Shown here piece after piece: positions 40,710-55,788 of a stretch of DNA of 64,000 nucleotides. The notes beneath the pieces are model-generated. The model had not been told where the DNA came from. It saw nothing but the letters and a program-made list of their open reading frames with translations, and made no database searches. Where the stretch lies: positions 2,480,001 through 2,544,000 of the forward strand of contig OZ059899.1 in the NCBI GenBank assembly GCA_964057225.1, read 5' to 3'. A program made the position numbers and the translations under genes. Positions within the stretch are counted from its first letter, which is position 1, and each line of letters opens with the position of its first letter. The DNA is from Auanema rhodensis. Lineage: Eukaryota > Animalia > Nematoda.

Positions 40710-43517
40710 ATGGAAACTCAACATACACTAATGCATCATTTTTCAAACGATCATAACTAATTTTTGTATCAAGCGTTTCTCAATGTAGTATAGTGCATTC
40801 GATGCGGATTGTTAAGCTGCGTCGATCTGTGTTATCAGATTTGCGCTAGCTTAAAAATGCACCGAGATATCAACTGATATAAGTTCACACTTATATCCTC
40901 GATTTTCACCCTGAAGAATTAATTTTTTCGTTGAATAACATTGTCCATCGTCTTTGCCTTGAAAAAAGGAATCTAAAAACATCTACTTTTTGCTAAATTA
41001 TTTTGAAATTTTTCGAAAAAATTTTTGTCAAAATGTTTTTGGAAGCAATGTTGAGTGTACATGGAAACTCAACATACACTAATGCATCATTTTTCAAACG
41101 ATCATAACTAATTTTTGTATCAAACGTTTCTCAATGTAGTATAGTGCATTCGATGCGGATTTTTAAGCTGCGTTGATCTGTGTTATCAGATTTGCGCTAG
41201 CTTAAAAATGCACCGAGATATCAACTGATATAAGTTCACACTTATATCCTCGATTTTCACCCTGAAGAATTGATTTTTTCGTTGAATAACATTGTCTATC
41301 GTCTTTGCCTTGAAAAATGGAATCTAAAAACATCTACTTTTTGCTGAATTATTTTGAAATTTTTCGAAAAAATTTTTGTCAAAATGTTTTTGGAAGCAAT
41401 GTTGAGTGTACATGGAAACTCAACATACACTAATGCATCATTTTTCAAACGATCATAACTAATTTTTGTATCAAGCGTTTCTCGATGTAGTATAGTGCAT
41501 TCGATGCGGATTTTTAAGCTGCGTCGATCTGTGTTATCAGATTTGCGCTAGCTTAAAAATGCACCAAGATATCAACTTATATAAGTTCACACTTATATCC
41601 TCGATTTTCACCCTGAAGAATTAATTTTTTCGTTGAATAACATTGTCCATCGTCTTTGCCTTGAAAAATGGATTCTAAAAACATCTACTTTTTGCTAAAT
41701 TATTTTGAAATTTTTCGAAAAAATTTTTGTCAAAATGTTTTTGGAAGCAATGTTGAGTGTAAATGGAAACTCAACATACACTAATGCATCATTTTTCAAA
41801 CGATCATAACTAATTTTTGTATTAAGCTTTTCTCAATGTAGTATAGTGCATTCGATGCGGATTTTTAAGCTGCGTCGATCTGTGTTATCAGATTTGCGCT
41901 AGCTTAAAAATGCACCGAGATATCAACTGATATAAGTTCACACTTATATCCTCGATTTTCACCCTGAAGAATTAATTTTTTCGTTGAATAACATTGTCTA
42001 TCGTCTTTGCCCTGAAAAATGAAATCTAAAAACATCTACTTTTTGCTAAATTATTTTGAAATTTTTCGAAAAAATTTTTGTCAAAATGTTTTTGGAAGCA
42101 ATGTTGAGTGTACATGGAAACTCAACATACACTAATGCATCATTTTTCAAACGATCATAACTAATTTTTGTATCAAGCGTTTCTCAATGTAGTATAGTGC
42201 ATTCGATGCGGATTGTTAAGCTGCGTCGATCTGTGTTATCAGATTTGCGCTAGCTTAAAAATGCACCGAGATATCAACTGATATAAGTTCACACTTATAT
42301 CCTCGATTTTCACCCTGAAGAATTAATTTTTTCGTTGAATAACATTGTCCATCGTCTTTGCCTTGAAAAAAGGAATCTAAAAACATCTACTTTTTGCTAA
42401 ATTATTTTGAAATTTTTCGAAAAAATTTTTGTCAAAATGTTTTTGGAAGCAATGTTGAGTGTACATGGAAACTCAACATACACTAATGCATCATTTTTCA
42501 AACGATCATAACTAATTTTTGTATCAAACGTTTCTCAATGTAGTATAGTGCATTCGATGCGGATTTTTAAGCTGCGTTGATCTGTGTTATCAGATTTGCG
42601 CTAGCTTAAAAATGCACCGAGATATCAACTGATATAAGTTCACACTTATATCCTCGATTTTCACCCTGAAGAATTGATTTTTTCGTTGAATAACATTGTC
42701 TATCGTCTTTGCCTTGAAAAATGGAATCTAAAAACATCTACTTTTTGCTGAATTATTTCGAAATTTTTCGAAAAAATTTTTGTCAAAATGTTTTTGGAAG
42801 CAATGTTGAGTGTACATGGAAACTCAACATACACTAATGCATCATTTTTCAAACGATCATAACTAATTTTTGTATCAAGCGTTTCTCGATGTAGTATAGT
42901 GCATTCGATGCGGATTTTTAAGCTGCGTCGATCTGTGTTATCAGATTTGCGCTAGCTTAAAAATGCACCAAGATATCAACTTATATAAGTTCACACTTAT
43001 ATCCTCGATTTTCACCCTGAAGAATTAATTTTTTCGTTGAATAACATTGTCCATCGTCTTTGCCTTGAAAAATGGATTCTAAAAACATCTACTTTTTGCT
43101 AAATTATTTTGAAATTTTTCGAAAAAATTTTTGTCAAAATGTTTTTGGAAGCAATGTTGAGTGTAAATGGAAACTCAACATACACTAATGCATCATTTTT
43201 CAAACAATCATAACTTATTTGTGTATTAAGCGTTTCTCAATGTAGTATAGTGCATTCGATGCGGATTTTTAAGCTGCGTCGATCTGTGTTATCAGAATTG
43301 CGCTAGCTTAAAAATGCACCGAGATATCAACTGATATAAGTTCACACTTATATCCTCGATTTTCACCCTGAAGAATTAATTTTTTCGTTGAATAACATTG
43401 TCTATCGTCTTTGCCCTGAAAAATGGAATCTAAAAACATCTATTTTTTGCTAAATTATTTTGAAATTTTTCGAAAAAATTTTTGTCAAAATGTTTTTGGA
43501 AGCAATGTTGAGTGTAC
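40710..43517. repeat. 4-monomer tandem duplication (1404 bp x2; M117-120 / M121-124)
   Basis: GGATTGTTAAG (M117, M121), GCTGAATT (M118, M122), GCACCAAG + CAACTTAT + GGATTCT + GTGTAAATGG (M119, M123) and GCCCTGAA (M120, M124). M124 differs from M120 in its 5' part. Confidence 0.88.
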
Positions 43518-46500
43518 ATGGAAACTCAACATACACTAATGCATCATTTTTCAAACGATCATAACTAATTTTTGTATCAAGCGTTTCTCGATGTAGTATA
43601 GTGCATTCGATGCGGATTTTTAAGCTGCGTCGATCTGTGTTATCAGATTTGCGCTAGATTAAAAATGCACCGAGATATCAACTGATATAAGTTCACACAT
43701 ATATCCTCGATTTTCACCCTGAAGAATTAATTTTTTCGTTGAATAACATCGTCCATCGTCTTTGCCTTGAAAAATGGAATCTAAAAACATCTACTTTTTG
43801 CTAAATTATTCTGAAATTTTTCGAAAAAATTTTTGTCAAAATGTTTTTGGAAGCAATGTTGAGTGTACATGGAAACTCAACATACACTAATGCATCATTT
43901 TTCAAACGATCATAACTAATTTTTGTATTAAGCTTTTCTCAATGTAGTATAGTGCATTCGATGCGGATTTTTAAGCTGCGTCGATCTGTGTTATCAGATT
44001 TGCGCTAGCTTAAAAATGCACCGAGATATCAACTGATATAAGTTCACACTTATATCCTCGATTTTCACCCTGAAGAATTAATTTTTTCGTTGAATGACAT
44101 TGTCCATCGTCTTTGCCTTGAAAAATGGAATCTAAAAACATCTACTTTTTGCTAAATTATTTTGAAATTTTTCGAAAAAATTTTTGTCAAAATGTTTTTG
44201 GAAGCAATGTTGAGTGTACATGGAAACTCAACATACACTAATGCATCATTTTTCAAACGATCATAACTAATTTTTGTATCAAACGTTTCTCAATGTAGTA
44301 TAGTGCATTCGATGCGGATTTTTAAGCTGCGTCGATCTGTGTTATCAGATTTGCGCTAGCTTAAAAATGCACCGAGATTTTAACTGATATAAGTTCACAC
44401 TTATATCCTCGATTTTCACCCTGAAGAATTAATTTTTTCGTTGAATAACATTGTCCATCGTCTTTGCCTTAAAAAAAGGAATCTAAAAACATCTACTTTT
44501 TGCTAAATTATTTTGAAATTTTTCAAAAAAATTTTTTTCAAAATGTTTTTGGAAGCAATGTTGAGTGTACATGGAAACTCAACATACACTAATGCATCAT
44601 TTTTCAAACGATCATAACTAATTTTTGTATTAGCTTTTCTCAATGTAGTATAGTGCATTCGATGCGGATTTTTGAGCTGCGTTGATCTGTGTTATCAGAT
44701 TTGCGCTAGCTTAAAAATGCACCGAGATATCAACTGATATAAGTTCACACTTATATCCTCGATTTTCACCCTGAAGAATTAATTTTTTCGTTGAATAACA
44801 TTGTCCATCGTCTTTGCCTTGAAAAATGGAATCTAAAAACATCTACTTTTTGCTAAATTATTTTGAAATTTTTCGAAAAAATTTTTGTCAAAATGTTTTT
44901 GGAAGCAATGTTGAGTGTACATGGAAACTCAACATACACTAATGCATCATTTTTCAAACGATCATAACTAATTTTTGTATCAAACGTTTCTCAATGTAGT
45001 ATAGTGCATTCGATGCGGATTTTTAAGCTGCGTCGATCTGTGTTATCAGATTTGCGCTAGCTTAAAAATGCACCGAGATTTTAACTGATATAAGTTCACA
45101 CTTATATCCTCGATTTTCACCCTGAAGAATTAATTTTTTCGTTGAATAACATTGTCCATCGTCTTTGCCTTAAAAAAAGGAATCTAAAAACATCTACTTT
45201 TTGCTAAATTATTTTGAAATTTTTCGAAAAAATTTTTTTCAAAATGTTTTTGGAAGCAATGTTGAGTGTACATGGAAACTCAACATACACTAATGCATCA
45301 TTTTTCAAACGATCATAACTAATTTTTGTATTAAGCTTTTCTCAATGTAGTATAGTGCATTCGATGCGGATTTTTAAGCTGCGTCGATCTGTGTTATCAG
45401 ATTTGCGCTAGCTTAAAAATGCACCGAGATATCAACTGATATAAGTTCACACTTATATCCTCGATTTTCACCCTGAAGAATTAATTTTTTTGTTGAATAA
45501 CATCGTCCATCGTCTTTGCCTTGGAAAATGGAATCTAAAAACATCTACTTTTTGCTAAATTATTTTGAAATTTTTCGAAAAAAATTTTGTCAAAATGTTT
45601 TTGGAAGCAATGTTGAGTGTACATGGAAACTCAACATACACTAATGCATCATTTTTCAAACGATCATAACTAATTTTTGTATTAAGCGTTTCTCGATGTA
45701 GTATAGTGCATTCGATGCGGATTTTTAAGCTGCGTCGATCTGTGTTATCAGATTTGCGCTAGCTTAAAAATGCACCGAGATTTTAACTGATATAAGTTCA
45801 CACTTATATCCTCGATTTTCACCCTGAAGAATTGATTTTTTCGTTGAATAACATCGTCCATCGTCTTTGCCTTGAAAAATGGAATCTAAAAACATCTACT
45901 TTTTGCTAAATTATTTTGAAATTTTTCGAAAAAATTTTTGTCAAAATGTTTTTGGAAGCAATGTTGAGTGTACATGGAAACTCAACATACACTAATGCAT
46001 CATTTTTCAAACGATCATAACTAATTTTTGTATTAGCTTTTCTCAATGTAGTATAGTGCATTCGATGCGGATTTTTGAGCTGCGTCGATCTGTGTTATCA
46101 GATTTGCGCTAGCTTAAAAATGCACCGAGATATCAACTGATATAAGTTCACACTTATATCCTCGATTTTCACCCTGAAGAATTAATTTTTTCGTTGAATA
46201 ACATCGTCCATCGTCTTTGCCTTGGAAAATGGAATCTAAAAACATCTACTTTTTGCTAAATTATTTTGAAATTTTTCGAAAAAATTTTTGTCAAAATGTT
46301 TTTGGAAGCAATGTTGAGTGTACATGGAAACTCAACATACACTAATGCATCATTTTTCAAACGATCATAACTAATTTTTGTATTAAGCATTTCTCGATGT
46401 AGTATAGTGCATTCGATGCGGATTTTTAAGCTGCGTCGATCTGTGTTATCAGATTTGCGCTAGCTTAAAAATGCACCGAGATTTTAACTGATATAAGTTC

Positions 46501-48075
46501 ACACTTATATCCTCGATTTTCACCCTGAAGAATTAATTTTTTCGTTGAATAACATCGTCCATCGTCTTTGCCTTGAAAAATGGAATCTAAAAACATCTAC
46601 TTTTTGCTAAATTATTTTGAAATTTTTCGAAAAAATTTTTGTCAAAATGTTTTTGGAAGCAATGTTGAGTGTACATGGAAACTCAACATACACTAATGCA
46701 TCATTTTTCAAACGATCATAACTAATTTTTGTATTAGCTTTTCTCAATGTAGTATAGTGCATTCGATGCGGATTTTTGAGCTGAGTCGATCTGTGTTATC
46801 AGATTTGCGCTAGCTTAAAAATGCACCGAGATATCAACTGATATAAGTTCACACTTATATCCTCGATTTTCACCCTGAAGAATTAATTTTTTTGTTGAAT
46901 AACATTGTCCATCGTCTTTGCCTTGAAAAATGGAATCTAAAAACATCTACTTTTTGCTAAATTATTTTGAAATTTTTCGAAAAAATTTTTGTCAAAATGT
47001 TTTTGGAAGCAATGTTGAGTGTACATGGAAACTCAACATACACTAATGCATCATTTTTCAAACGATCATAACTAATTTTTGTATTAGCTTTTCTCAATGT
47101 AGTATAGTGCATTCGATGCGGATTTTTAAGCTGCGTCGATCTGTGTTATCAGATTTGCGCTAGCTTAAAAATGCACCGAGATATCAACTGATATAAGTTC
47201 ACACTTATATCCTCGATTTTCACCCTGAAGAATTGATTTTTTCGTTGAATAACATCGTCCATCGTCTTTGCCTTGGAAAATGGAATCTAAAAACATCTAC
47301 TTTTTGCTAAATTATTTTGAAATTTTTCGAAAAAATTTTTGTCAAAATGTTTTTGGAAGCAATGTTGAGTGTACATGGAAACTCAACATACACTAATGCA
47401 TCATTTTCCAAACGATCATAACTAATTTTTGTATTAAGCGTTTCTCGATGTAGTATAGTGCATTCGATGCGGATTTTTAAGCTGCGTCGATCTGTGTTAT
47501 CAGATTTGCGCTAGCTTAAAAATGCACCGAGATTTTAACTGATATAAGTTCACACTTATATCCTCGATTTTCACCCTGAAGAATTAATTTTTTCGTTGAA
47601 TAACATCGTCCATCGTCTTTGCCTTGAAAAATAGAATCTAAAAACATCTACTTTTTGCTAAATTATTTTGAAATTTTTCGAAAAAATTTTTGTCAAAATG
47701 TTTTTGGAAGCAATGTTGAGTGTACATGGAAACTCAACATACACTAATGCATCATTTTTCAAACGATCATAACTAATTTTTGTATTAGCTTTTCTCAATG
47801 TAGTATAGTGCATTCGATGCGGATTTTTGAGCTGCGTCGATCTGTGTTATCAGATTTGCGCTAGCTTAAAAATGCACTGAGATATCAACTGATATAAGTT
47901 CACACTTATATCCTCGATTTTCACCCTGAAGAATTAATTTTTTCGTTGAATAACATTGTCCATCGTCTTTGCCTTGAAAAATGGAATCTAAAAACATCTA
48001 CTTTTTGCTAAATTATTTTGTAATTTTTCGAAAAAATTTTTGTCAAAATGTTTTTGGAAGCAATGTTGAGTGTAC

Positions 48076-50177
48076 ATGGAAACTCAACATACACTAATGC
48101 ATCATTTTTCAAACGATCATAACTAATTTTTGTATTAGCTTTTCTCAATGTAGTATAGTGCATTCGATGCGGATTTTTAAGCTGCGTCGATCTGTGTTAT
48201 CAGATTTGCGCTAGCTTAAAAATGCACCGAGATATCAACTGATATAAGTTCACACTTATATCCTCGATTTTCACCCTGAAGAATTAATTTTTTCGTTGAA
48301 TAACATTGTCCATCGTCTTTGCCTTGAAAAATGGAATCTAAAAACATCTACTTTTTGCTAAATTATTTTGTAATTTTTCGAAAAAATTTTTGTCAAAATG
48401 TTTTTGGAAGCAATGTTGAGTGTACATGGAAACTCAACATACACTAATGCATCATTTTTCAAACGATCATAACTAATTTTTGTATTAGCTTTTCTCAATG
48501 TAGTATAGTGCATTCGATGCGGATTTTTAAGCTGCGTCGATCTGTGTTATCAGATTTGCGCTAGCTTAAAAATGCACCGAGATATCAACTGATATAAGTT
48601 CACACTTATATCCTCGATTTTCACCCTGAAGAATTGATTTTTTCGTTGAATAACATTGTCCATCGTCTTTGCCTTGAAAAATGGAATCTAAAAACATCTA
48701 CTTTTTGCTAAATTATTTTGAAATTTTTCGAAAAAATTTTTGTCAAAATGTTTTTGGAAGCAATGTTGAGTGTACATGGAAACTCAACATACACTAATGC
48801 ATCATTTTTCAAACGATCATAACTAATTTTTGTATTAAGCTTTTCTCAATGTAGAATAGTGCATTCGATGCGGATTTTTAAGCTGCGTCGATCTGTGTTA
48901 TCAGATTTGCGCTAGCTTAAAAATGCACTGAGATATCAACTGATATAAGTTCACACTTATATCCTCGATTTTCACCCTGAAGAATTGATTTTTTCGTTGA
49001 ATAACATTGTCCATCGTCTTTGCCTTGAAAAATGGAATCTAAAAACATCTACTTTTTGCTAAATTATTTTGTAATTTTTCGAAAAAATTTTTGTCAAAAT
49101 GTTTTTGGAAGCAATGTTGAGTGTACATGGAAACTCAACATACACTAATGCATCATTTTTCAAACGATCATAACTAATTTTTGTATTAGCTTTTCTCAAT
49201 GTAGTATAGTGCATTCGATGCGGATTTTTAAGCTGCGTCGATCTGTGTTATCAGATTTGCGCTAGCTTAAAAATGCACCGAGATATCAACTGATATAAGT
49301 TCACACTTATATCCTCGATTTTCACCCTGAAGAATTAATTTTTTCGTTGAATAACATTGTCCATCGTCTTTGCCTTGAAAAATGGAATCTAAAAACATCT
49401 ACTTTTTGCTAAATTATTTTGTAATTTTTCGAAAAAATTTTTGTCAAAATGTTTTTGGAAGCAATGTTGAGTGTACATGGAAACTCAACATACACTAATG
49501 CATCATTTTTCAAACGATCATAACTAATTTTTGTATTAGCTTTTCTCAATGTAGTATAGTGCATTCGATGCGGATTTTTAAGCTGCGTCGATCTGTGTTA
49601 TCAGATTTGCGCTAGCTTAAAAATGCACCGAGATATCAACTGATATAAGTTCACACTTATATCCTCGATTTTCACCCTGAAGAATTGATTTTTTCGTTGA
49701 ATAACATTGTCCATCGTCTTTGCCTTGAAAAATGGAATCTAAAAACATCTACTTTTTGCTAAATTATTTTGAAATTTTTCGAAAAAATTTTTGTCAAAAT
49801 GTTTTTGGAAGCAATGTTGAGTGTACATGGAAACTCAACATACACTAATGCATCATTTTTCAAACGATCATAACTAATTTTTGTATTAAGCTTTTCTCAA
49901 TGTAGAATAGTGCATTCGATGCGGATTTTTAAGCTGCGTCGATCTGTGTTATCAGATTTGCGCTAGCTTAAAAATGCACTGAGATATCAACTGATATAAG
50001 TTCACACTTATATCCTCGATTTTCACCCTGAAGAATTGATTTTTTCGTTGAATAACATTGTCCATCGTCTTTGCCTTGAAAAATGGAATCTAAAAACATC
50101 TACTTTTTGCTAAATTATTTTGAAATTTTTCGAAAAAATTTTTGTCAAAATGTTTTTGGAAGCAATGTTGAGTGTAC
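48076..50177. repeat. 3-monomer tandem duplication (1051 bp x2; M138-140 / M141-143)
   Basis: The 350/350/351 length pattern repeats. GTAGAATAG occurs only in M140 and M143. Confidence 0.82.
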
Positions 50178-52278
50178 ATGGAAACTCAACATACACTAAT
50201 GCATCATTTTTCAAACGATCATAACTAATTTTTGTATCAAACGTTTCTCAATGTAGTATAGTGCATTCGATGCGGATTTTTAAGCTGCGTCGATCTGTGT
50301 TATCAGATTTGCGCTAGCTTAAAAATGCACCGAGATATCAACTGATATAAGTTCACACTTATATCCTCGATTTTCACCCTGAAGAATTAATTTTTTCGTT
50401 GAATAACATTGTCCATCGTCTTTGCCTTAAAAAAAGGAATCTAATAACATCTACATTTTGCTAAATTATTTTGAAATTTTTCGAAAAAATTTTTTTCAAA
50501 ATGTTTTTGGAAGCAATGTTGAGTGTACATGGAAACTCAACATACACTAATGCATCATTTTTCAAACGATCATAACTAATTTTTGTATTAGCTTTTCTCA
50601 ATGTAGTATAGTGCATTCGATGCGGATTTTTAAGCTGCGTCGATCTGTGTTATCAGATTTGCGCTAGCTTAAAAATGCACCGAGATATCAACTGATATAA
50701 GTTCACACTTATATCCTCGATTTTCACCCTGAAGAATTAATTTTTTCGTTGAATAACATTGTCCATCGTCTTTGACTTGAAAAATGGAATCTAAAAACAT
50801 CTACTTTTTGCTAAATTATTTTGTAATTTTTCGAAAAAATTTTTGTCAAAATGTTTTTGGAAGCAATGTTGAGTGTACATGGAAACTCAACATACACTAA
50901 TGCATCATTTTTCAAACGATCATAACTAATTTTTGTATTAGCTTTTCTCAATGTAGTATAGTGCATTCGATGCGGATTTTTAAGCTGCGTCGATCTGTGT
51001 TATCAGATTTGCGCTAGCTTAAAAATGCACCGAGATATCAACTGATATAAGTTCACACTTATATCCTCGATTTTCACCCTGAAGAATTAATTTTTTCGTT
51101 GAATAACATTGTCCATCGTCTTTGCCTTAAAAAAAGGAATCTAATAACATCTACATTTTGCTAAATTATTTTGAAATTTTTCGAAAAAATTTTTTTCAAA
51201 ATGTTTTTGGAAGCAATGTTGAGTGTACATGGAAACTCAACATACACTAATGCATCATTTTTCAAACGATCATAACTAATTTTTGTATTAGCTTTTCTCA
51301 ATGTAGTATAGTGCATTCGATGCGGATTTTTAAGCTGCGTCGATCTGTGTTATCAGATTTGCGCTAGCTTAAAAATGCACCGAGATATCAACTGATATAA
51401 GTTCACACTTATATCCTCGATTTTCACCCTGAAGAATTAATTTTTTCGTTGAATAACATTGTCCATCGTCTTTGACTTGAAAAATGGAATCTAAAAACAT
51501 CTACTTTTTGCTAAATTATTTTGTAATTTTTCGAAAAAATTTTTGTCAAAATGTTTTTGGAAGCAATGTTGAGTGTACATGGAAACTCAACATACACTAA
51601 TGCATCATTTTTCAAACGATCATAACTAATTTTTGTATTAGCTTTTCTCAATGTAGTATAGTGCATTCGATGCGGATTTTTAAGCTGCGTCGATCTGTGT
51701 TATCAGATTTGCGCTAGCTTAAAAATGCACCGAGATATCAACTGATATAAGTTCACACTTATATCCTCGATTTTCACCCTGAAGAATTAATTTTTTCGTT
51801 GAATAACATTGTCCATCGTCTTTGACTTGAAAAATGGAATCTAAAAACATCTACTTTTTGCTAAATTATTTTGTAATTTTTCGAAAAAATTTTTGTCAAA
51901 ATGTTTTTGGAAGCAATGTTGAGTGTACATGGAAACTCAACATACACTAATGCATCATTTTTCAAACGATCATAACTAATTTTTGTATTAGTTTTTCTCA
52001 ATGTAGTATAGTGCATTCGATGCGGATTTTTAAGCTGCGTCGATCTGTGTTATCAGATTTGCGCTAGCTTAAAAATGCACCGAGATATCAACTGATATAA
52101 GTTCACACTTATATCCTCGATTTTCACCCTGAAGAATTAATTTTTTCGTTGAATAACATTGTCCATTGTCTTTGCCTTAAAAAATGGAATCTAAAAACAT
52201 CTACTTTTTGCTAAATTATTTTGAAATTTTTCGAAAAAATTTTTGTCAAAATGTTTTTGGAAGCAATGTTGAGTGTAC

Positions 52279-53682
52279 ATGGAAACTCAACATACACTAA
52301 TGCATCATTTTTCAAACGATCATAACTAATTTTTGTATTAAGCTTTTCTCAATGTAGTATAGTGCATTCGATGCGGATTTTTAAGCTGCGTCGATCTGTG
52401 TTATCAGATTTGCGCTAGCTTAAAAATGCACCGAGATATCAACTGATATAAGTTCACACTTATATCCTCGATTTTCACCCTGAAGAATTAATTTTTTCGT
52501 TGAATAACATTGTCCATCGTCTTTGCCTTAAAAAAAGGAATCTAATAACATCTACATTTTGCTAAATTATTTTGAAATTTTTCGAAAAAATTTTTTTCAA
52601 AATGTTTTTGGAAGCAATTTTGAGTGTACATGGAAACTCAACATACACTAATGCATCATTTTTCAAAAGATCATAACTAATTTTTGTATTAAGCGTTTCT
52701 CAATGTAGTATAGTGCATTCGATGCGGATTTTTAAGCTGCGTCGATCTGTGTTATCAGATTTGCGCTAGCTTAAAAATGCACCGAGATATCAACTGATAT
52801 AAGTTCACACTTATATCCTCGATTTTCACCCTGAAGAATTAATTTTTTCGTTGAATAACATTGTCCATCGTCTTTGCCTTGAAAAATGGAATCTAAAAAC
52901 ATCTACTTTTTGCTAAATTATTTTGAAATTTTTCGAAAAAATTTTTGTCAAAATGTTTTTGGAAGCAATGTTGAGTGTACATGGAAACTCAACATACACT
53001 AATGCATCATTTTTCAAACGATCATAACTAATTTTTGTATTAAGCTTTTCTCAATGTAGTATAGTGCATTCGATGCGGATTTTTAAGCTGCGTCGATCTG
53101 TGTTATCAGATTTGCGCTAGCTTAAAAATGCACCGAGATATCAACTGATATAAGTTCACACTTATATCCTCGATTTTCACCCTGAAGAATTAATTTTTTC
53201 GTTGAATAACATTGTCCATCGTCTTTGCCTTAAAAAAAGGAATCTAATAACATCTACATTTTGCTAAATTATTTTGAAATTTTTCGAAAAAATTTTTTTC
53301 AAAATGTTTTTGGAAGCAATTTTGAGTGTACATGGAAACTCAACATACACTAATGCATCATTTTTCAAAAGATCATAACTAATTTTTGTATTAAGCGTTT
53401 CTCAATGTAGTATAGTGCATTCGATGCGGATTTTTAAGCTGCGTCGATCTGTGTTATCAGATTTGCGCTAGCTTAAAAATGCACCGAGATATCAACTGAT
53501 ATAAGTTCACACTTATATCCTCGATTTTCACCCTGAAGAATTAATTTTTTCGTTGAATAACATTGTCCATCGTCTTTGCCTTGAAAAATGGAATCTAAAA
53601 ACATCTACTTTTTGCTAAATTATTTTGAAATTTTTCGAAAAAATTTTTGTCAAAATGTTTTTGGAAGCAATGTTGAGTGTAC
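52279..53682. repeat. 2-monomer tandem duplication (702 bp x2; M150-151 / M152-153)
   Basis: The private variants GCAATTTTGAG (ends of M150 and M152) and TCAAAAGATC (M151, M153) recur at 702-bp spacing. Confidence 0.85.
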
Positions 53683-55788
53683 ATGGAAACTCAACATACA
53701 CTAATGCATCATTTTTCAAACGATCATAACTAATTTTTGTATCAAACGTTTCTCAATGTAGTATAGTGCATTCGATGCGGATTTTTAAGCTGCGTCGATC
53801 TGTGTTATCAGATTTGCGCTAGCTTAAAAATGCACCGAGATATCAACTGATATAAGTTCACACTTATATCCTCGATTTTCACCCTGAAGAATTAATTTTT
53901 TCGTTGAATAACATTGTCCATCGTCTTTGCCTTAAAAAAAGGAATCTAATAACATCTACATTTTGCTAAATTATTTTGAAATTTTTCGAAAAAATTTTTT
54001 TCAAAATGTTTTTGGAAGCAATGTTGAGTGTACATGGAAACTCAACATACACTAATGCATCATTTTTCAAACGATCATAACTAATTTTTGTATTAAGCTT
54101 TTCTCAATGTAGTATAGTGCATTCGATGCGGATTTTCAAGCTGCGTCGATCTGTGTTATCAGATTTGCGCTAGCTTAAAAATGCACTGAGATATCAACTG
54201 ATATAAGTTCACACTTATATCCTCGATTTTCACCCTGAAGAATTGATTTTTTCGTTGAATAACATTGTCCATCGTCTTTGCCTTGAAAAATGGAATCTAA
54301 AAACATCTACTTTTTGCTAAATTATTTTGAAATTTTTCGAAAAAATTTTTGTCAAAATGTTTTTGGAAGCAATGTTGAGTGTACATGGAAACTCAACATA
54401 CACTAATGCATCATTTTTCAAACGATCATAACTAATTTTTGTATTAAGCGTTTCTCAATGTAGTATAGTGCATTCGATGCGGATTTTTAAGCTGCGTCGA
54501 TCTGTGTTATCAGATTTGCGCTAGCTTAAAAATGCACCGAGATATCAACTGATATAAGTTCACACTTATATCCTCGATTTTCACCCTGAAGAATTAATTT
54601 TTTCGTTGAATAACATTGTCCATCGTCTTTGCCTTGAAAAATGGAATCTAAAAACATCTACTTTTTGCTAAATTATTTTGAAATTTTTCGAAAAAATTTT
54701 TGTCAAAATGTTTTTGGAAGCAATGTTGAGTGTACATGGAAACTCAACATACACTAATGCATCATTTTTCAAACGATCATAACTAATTTTTGTATCAAAC
54801 GTTTCTCAATGTAGTATAGTGCATTCGATGCGGATTTTTAAGCTGCGTCGATCTGTGTTATCAGATTTGCGCTAGCTTAAAAATGCACCGAGATATCAAC
54901 TGATATAAGTTCACACTTATATCCTCGATTTTCACCCTGAAGAATTAATTTTTTCGTTGAATAACATTGTCCATCGTCTTTGCCTTAAAAAAAGGAATCT
55001 AATAACATCTACATTTTGCTAAATTATTTTGAAATTTTTCGAAAAAATTTTTTTCAAAATGTTTTTGGAAGCAATGTTGAGTGTACATGGAAACTCAACA
55101 TACACTAATGCATCATTTTTCAAACGATCATAACTAATTTTTGTATTAAGCTTTTCTCAATGTAGTATAGTGCATTCGATGTGGATTTTTAAGCTGCGTC
55201 GATCTGTGTTATCAGATTTGCGCTAGCTTAAAAATGCACTGAGATATCAACTGATATAAGTTCACACTTATATCCTCGATTTTCACCCTGAAGAATTGAT
55301 TTTTTCGTTGAATAACATTGTCCATCGTCTTTGCCTTGAAAAATGGAATCTAAAAACATCTACTTTTTGCTAAATTATTTTGAAATTTTTCGAAAAAATT
55401 TTTGTCAAAATGTTTTTGGAAGCAATGTTGAGTGTACATGGAAACTCAACATATACTAATGCATCATTTTTCAAACGATCATAACTAATTTTTGTATTAA
55501 GCGTTTCTCAATGTAGTATAGTGCATTCGATGCGGAATTTTAAGCTGCGTCGATCTGTGTTATCAGATTTGCGCTAGCTTAAAAATGCACCGAGATATCA
55601 ACTGATATAAGTTCACACTTATATCCTCGATTTTCACCCTGAAGAATTGATTTTTTCGTTGAATAACATTGTCCATCGTCTTTGCCTTGAAAAATGGAAT
55701 CTAAAAACATCTACTTTCTGCTAAATTATTTTGAAATTTTTCGAAAAAATTTTTGTCAAAATGTTTTTGGAAGCAATGTTGAGTGTAC

